Source: Paragordius varius
Taxonomy: Eukaryota > Animalia > Nematomorpha
Length of the DNA: 64,000 nt
NCBI GenBank assembly: GCA_964247055.1
Contig: OZ176055.1
Coordinates: 3,348,001 to 3,412,000 of the forward strand
Reading direction: 5' to 3'
A model generated the notes under the pieces. It was not told the origin of the DNA. It ran no database searches and saw only the letters and a list, made by a program, of their open reading frames with translations. Position 1 is the first letter of the stretch. Each line of letters begins with the position of its first letter. A program made the translations under genes and the position numbers. This document shows positions 61,962 through 64,000 of the stretch, piece after piece.

Positions 61962-64000
61962 ATCATTCTATCTCTTTAATGTTTTCAAATAATTCTGGCA
62001 CCGTATCTAACCATCAAACATCCTTATCTAACAATAATAATCACAATATAGCTGCTGATAACAATAATAATGATTATTTTAACAATTATAACAATTATTA
62101 TTTAAGCCATTTTTTCCCGACCACAATTAACCTTGACAACAATGGATGTGCAACAAATCCCATATCAAATTTTGTGGGTTCGTTTGATGGGAGAACAACC
62201 AATGCATGCCTCAGTACATTACTGGCAAACATGAGTAACAATGTTTCCAATAATTGTCCATTATTAACTGGTAATCCTAACGGAGGAGGTCAAATTCAAC
62301 TTTGGCAGTTTTTGTTGGAACTTTTGAGTGATGAACGGAATGCCGACTGTATAGCATGGGAACCGGAAGGCCTCCCTGGAGAATTTAAGCTCTCCGACCC
62401 TGACAAAGTAGCCTGTAAATGGGGTAAACGCAAATCAAAACCCAACATGAATTATGATAAAATGTCACGTGCTCTTAGATACTACTATGATAAACGGATT
62501 ATGACTAAGGTTCATGGAAAACGTTATACATATAAATTCGATTTTTTCGCTCTTGCAGCCAATCAAGCTGCCCACTATCATAATCACAGCAGCACGAATC
62601 AGCATACCAATGCCACGAATAATGGTTTCGTGTTTAATAACAATAACGGTCAACAACATGTAAAAAATAATAATGGCTCCAACTGTTATTACTATAGTAA
62701 TGGTTGTACGGGAAATCCGTACCCGACATGTATTGATCCAATCACTGATGCATACTTTCCACATTTACCGAATTCTTACAAAGACCAAAATAATTATCCT
62801 TGGTGTTTGTGCCGAGCCAGTTCCACTTTTGAGAATGGCCTTTATGATCCAATCAAATTTTTACGCAACGCTGAGAATCAAGTATCGAAAAAACCGGCCA
62901 GTAATATTAATGAAAATACTGCAACTCCGAAACATGAAATAACATTTGCATCACTCGGTCATAAAAGTCCAAATTATAATGATACTATTGGAGATACGCG
63001 ACAGGTTCATGGAATAGAAAGAATGCTAGAGAAAATGAAAAAAGCAACCTACGAAAAGGTAAATAACGGGTCGAAGTTTGATGCAAAAAAAGAATTTTTG
63101 GCTAAAGGAGAAAAACATTCACTAAATGATGAACAAGATGAAGAAACTTCTATACAATTACGACATAATTACCGTAGAGACCAACAGAATCAAACTAAGC
63201 GACATAACAAGCGAATCAATCGTAATGAGGAAAGCCTTTTAAAGAATAATTTATGTAATATGTCCCCAGTAAAATCTGTTGCACAATCTAATAAACTGGA
63301 TGAACGCGTGATCCCAACAAAAAATTATACAAGGGAAGAATTAAGCCCAACTACGGCGATAAATACTGAAGATTCCCGTCCCACATATTATCCAACCGTA
63401 AAAGCCAATGAAACCATTGCATTCCTAAATAAATTGGGATGGAGAGAAACGTTTGATGTGTTTAACAGTTTGCAAAACTATCAGCCATCAACGGTACCTA
63501 AAGGGTTCACAACGCAGTATAGAAATTGGCAATTCAATGATTTGCACCTGGACACGGAAAACAATATAAATACGTTCGAGAGCGATGATGCGACAAAAAC
63601 AACTCGTTCTCGAAAGGATTTTACTATATCATCAACAGCATTATCTAACATAAATGATCGGAGTCAAAATAATAAAATTGTCTCAAATATAACCAATGCC
63701 GAAGAAACCAAGATATCTCTATCGACTTCAATGCCTAAATTCACAAATTCCACGTTAATGAATGGCGGAAACAACAGAACTGAAACCGAATCGCAAACTG
63801 GGCATTATAATTTTAACCTTAACACGGGTGGTAAGACTTACAATTACATCTACAATAACTTTGGGGGTCAAGGAAACAACAATTTTTACAGCATAAACAT
63901 CAACACAGTAATTAATCATGCCGGAGTTATCGAAGGGGTAGGCGGTTATTCTGGCACTTCACCTCATGTGCCGACATACGCGCCTACAACGCCTATCTAT
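61962..64000 (+). CDS. ETS transcription factor, ERG/FLI1/FEV subfamily; large exon open to the window end
   Basis: [17 protein letters not shown]...GEFKLSDPD...[40 protein letters not shown] (about 62291-62545). The frame is open from 61964 to 64000; it is missing from the ORF track because it has no stop. Possible first exon 60638-60668 (MTQNEPIQIY, phase 1) or in-frame ATG at 61979. Confidence 0.93.

Overview
Very AT-rich animal (metazoan) genomic DNA with spliceosomal introns; the lineage cannot be fixed from sequence alone. Genes from left to right: a rhodopsin-type peptide GPCR with hugely expanded loops (-, runs off the left edge), cyclin T (+), RAD50 (-, multi-exon, about 18 kb), intronless EXOC8/Exo84 (+), a shortened ADAMTS-type metalloprotease (+), OPA3 (-), a C2H2 zinc-finger gene (+), a compact trithorax/KMT2 H3K4 methyltransferase (+), and an ERG/FLI1/FEV-type ETS factor (+, runs off the right edge). 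Introns and intergenic DNA hold several DNA-transposon MITE families (piggyBac-like with nested self-insertion, TA-target MITEs, hAT-like), a possible Helitron-like repeat and a decayed RTE-type LINE. The most striking feature is seven GT-AG micro-introns of only 22-28 nt. All lie among the first introns of RAD50, cyclin T, OPA3 and the ZF gene, next to extremely short head-to-head promoters (68 bp between the RAD50 and EXOC8 start codons). Downstream introns of the same genes are tens of bp to kb long and often transposon-filled, and the proteins carry large Asn-rich insertions. All gene models were assembled by hand from reading frames, splice signals and remembered protein motifs; no database search was run.
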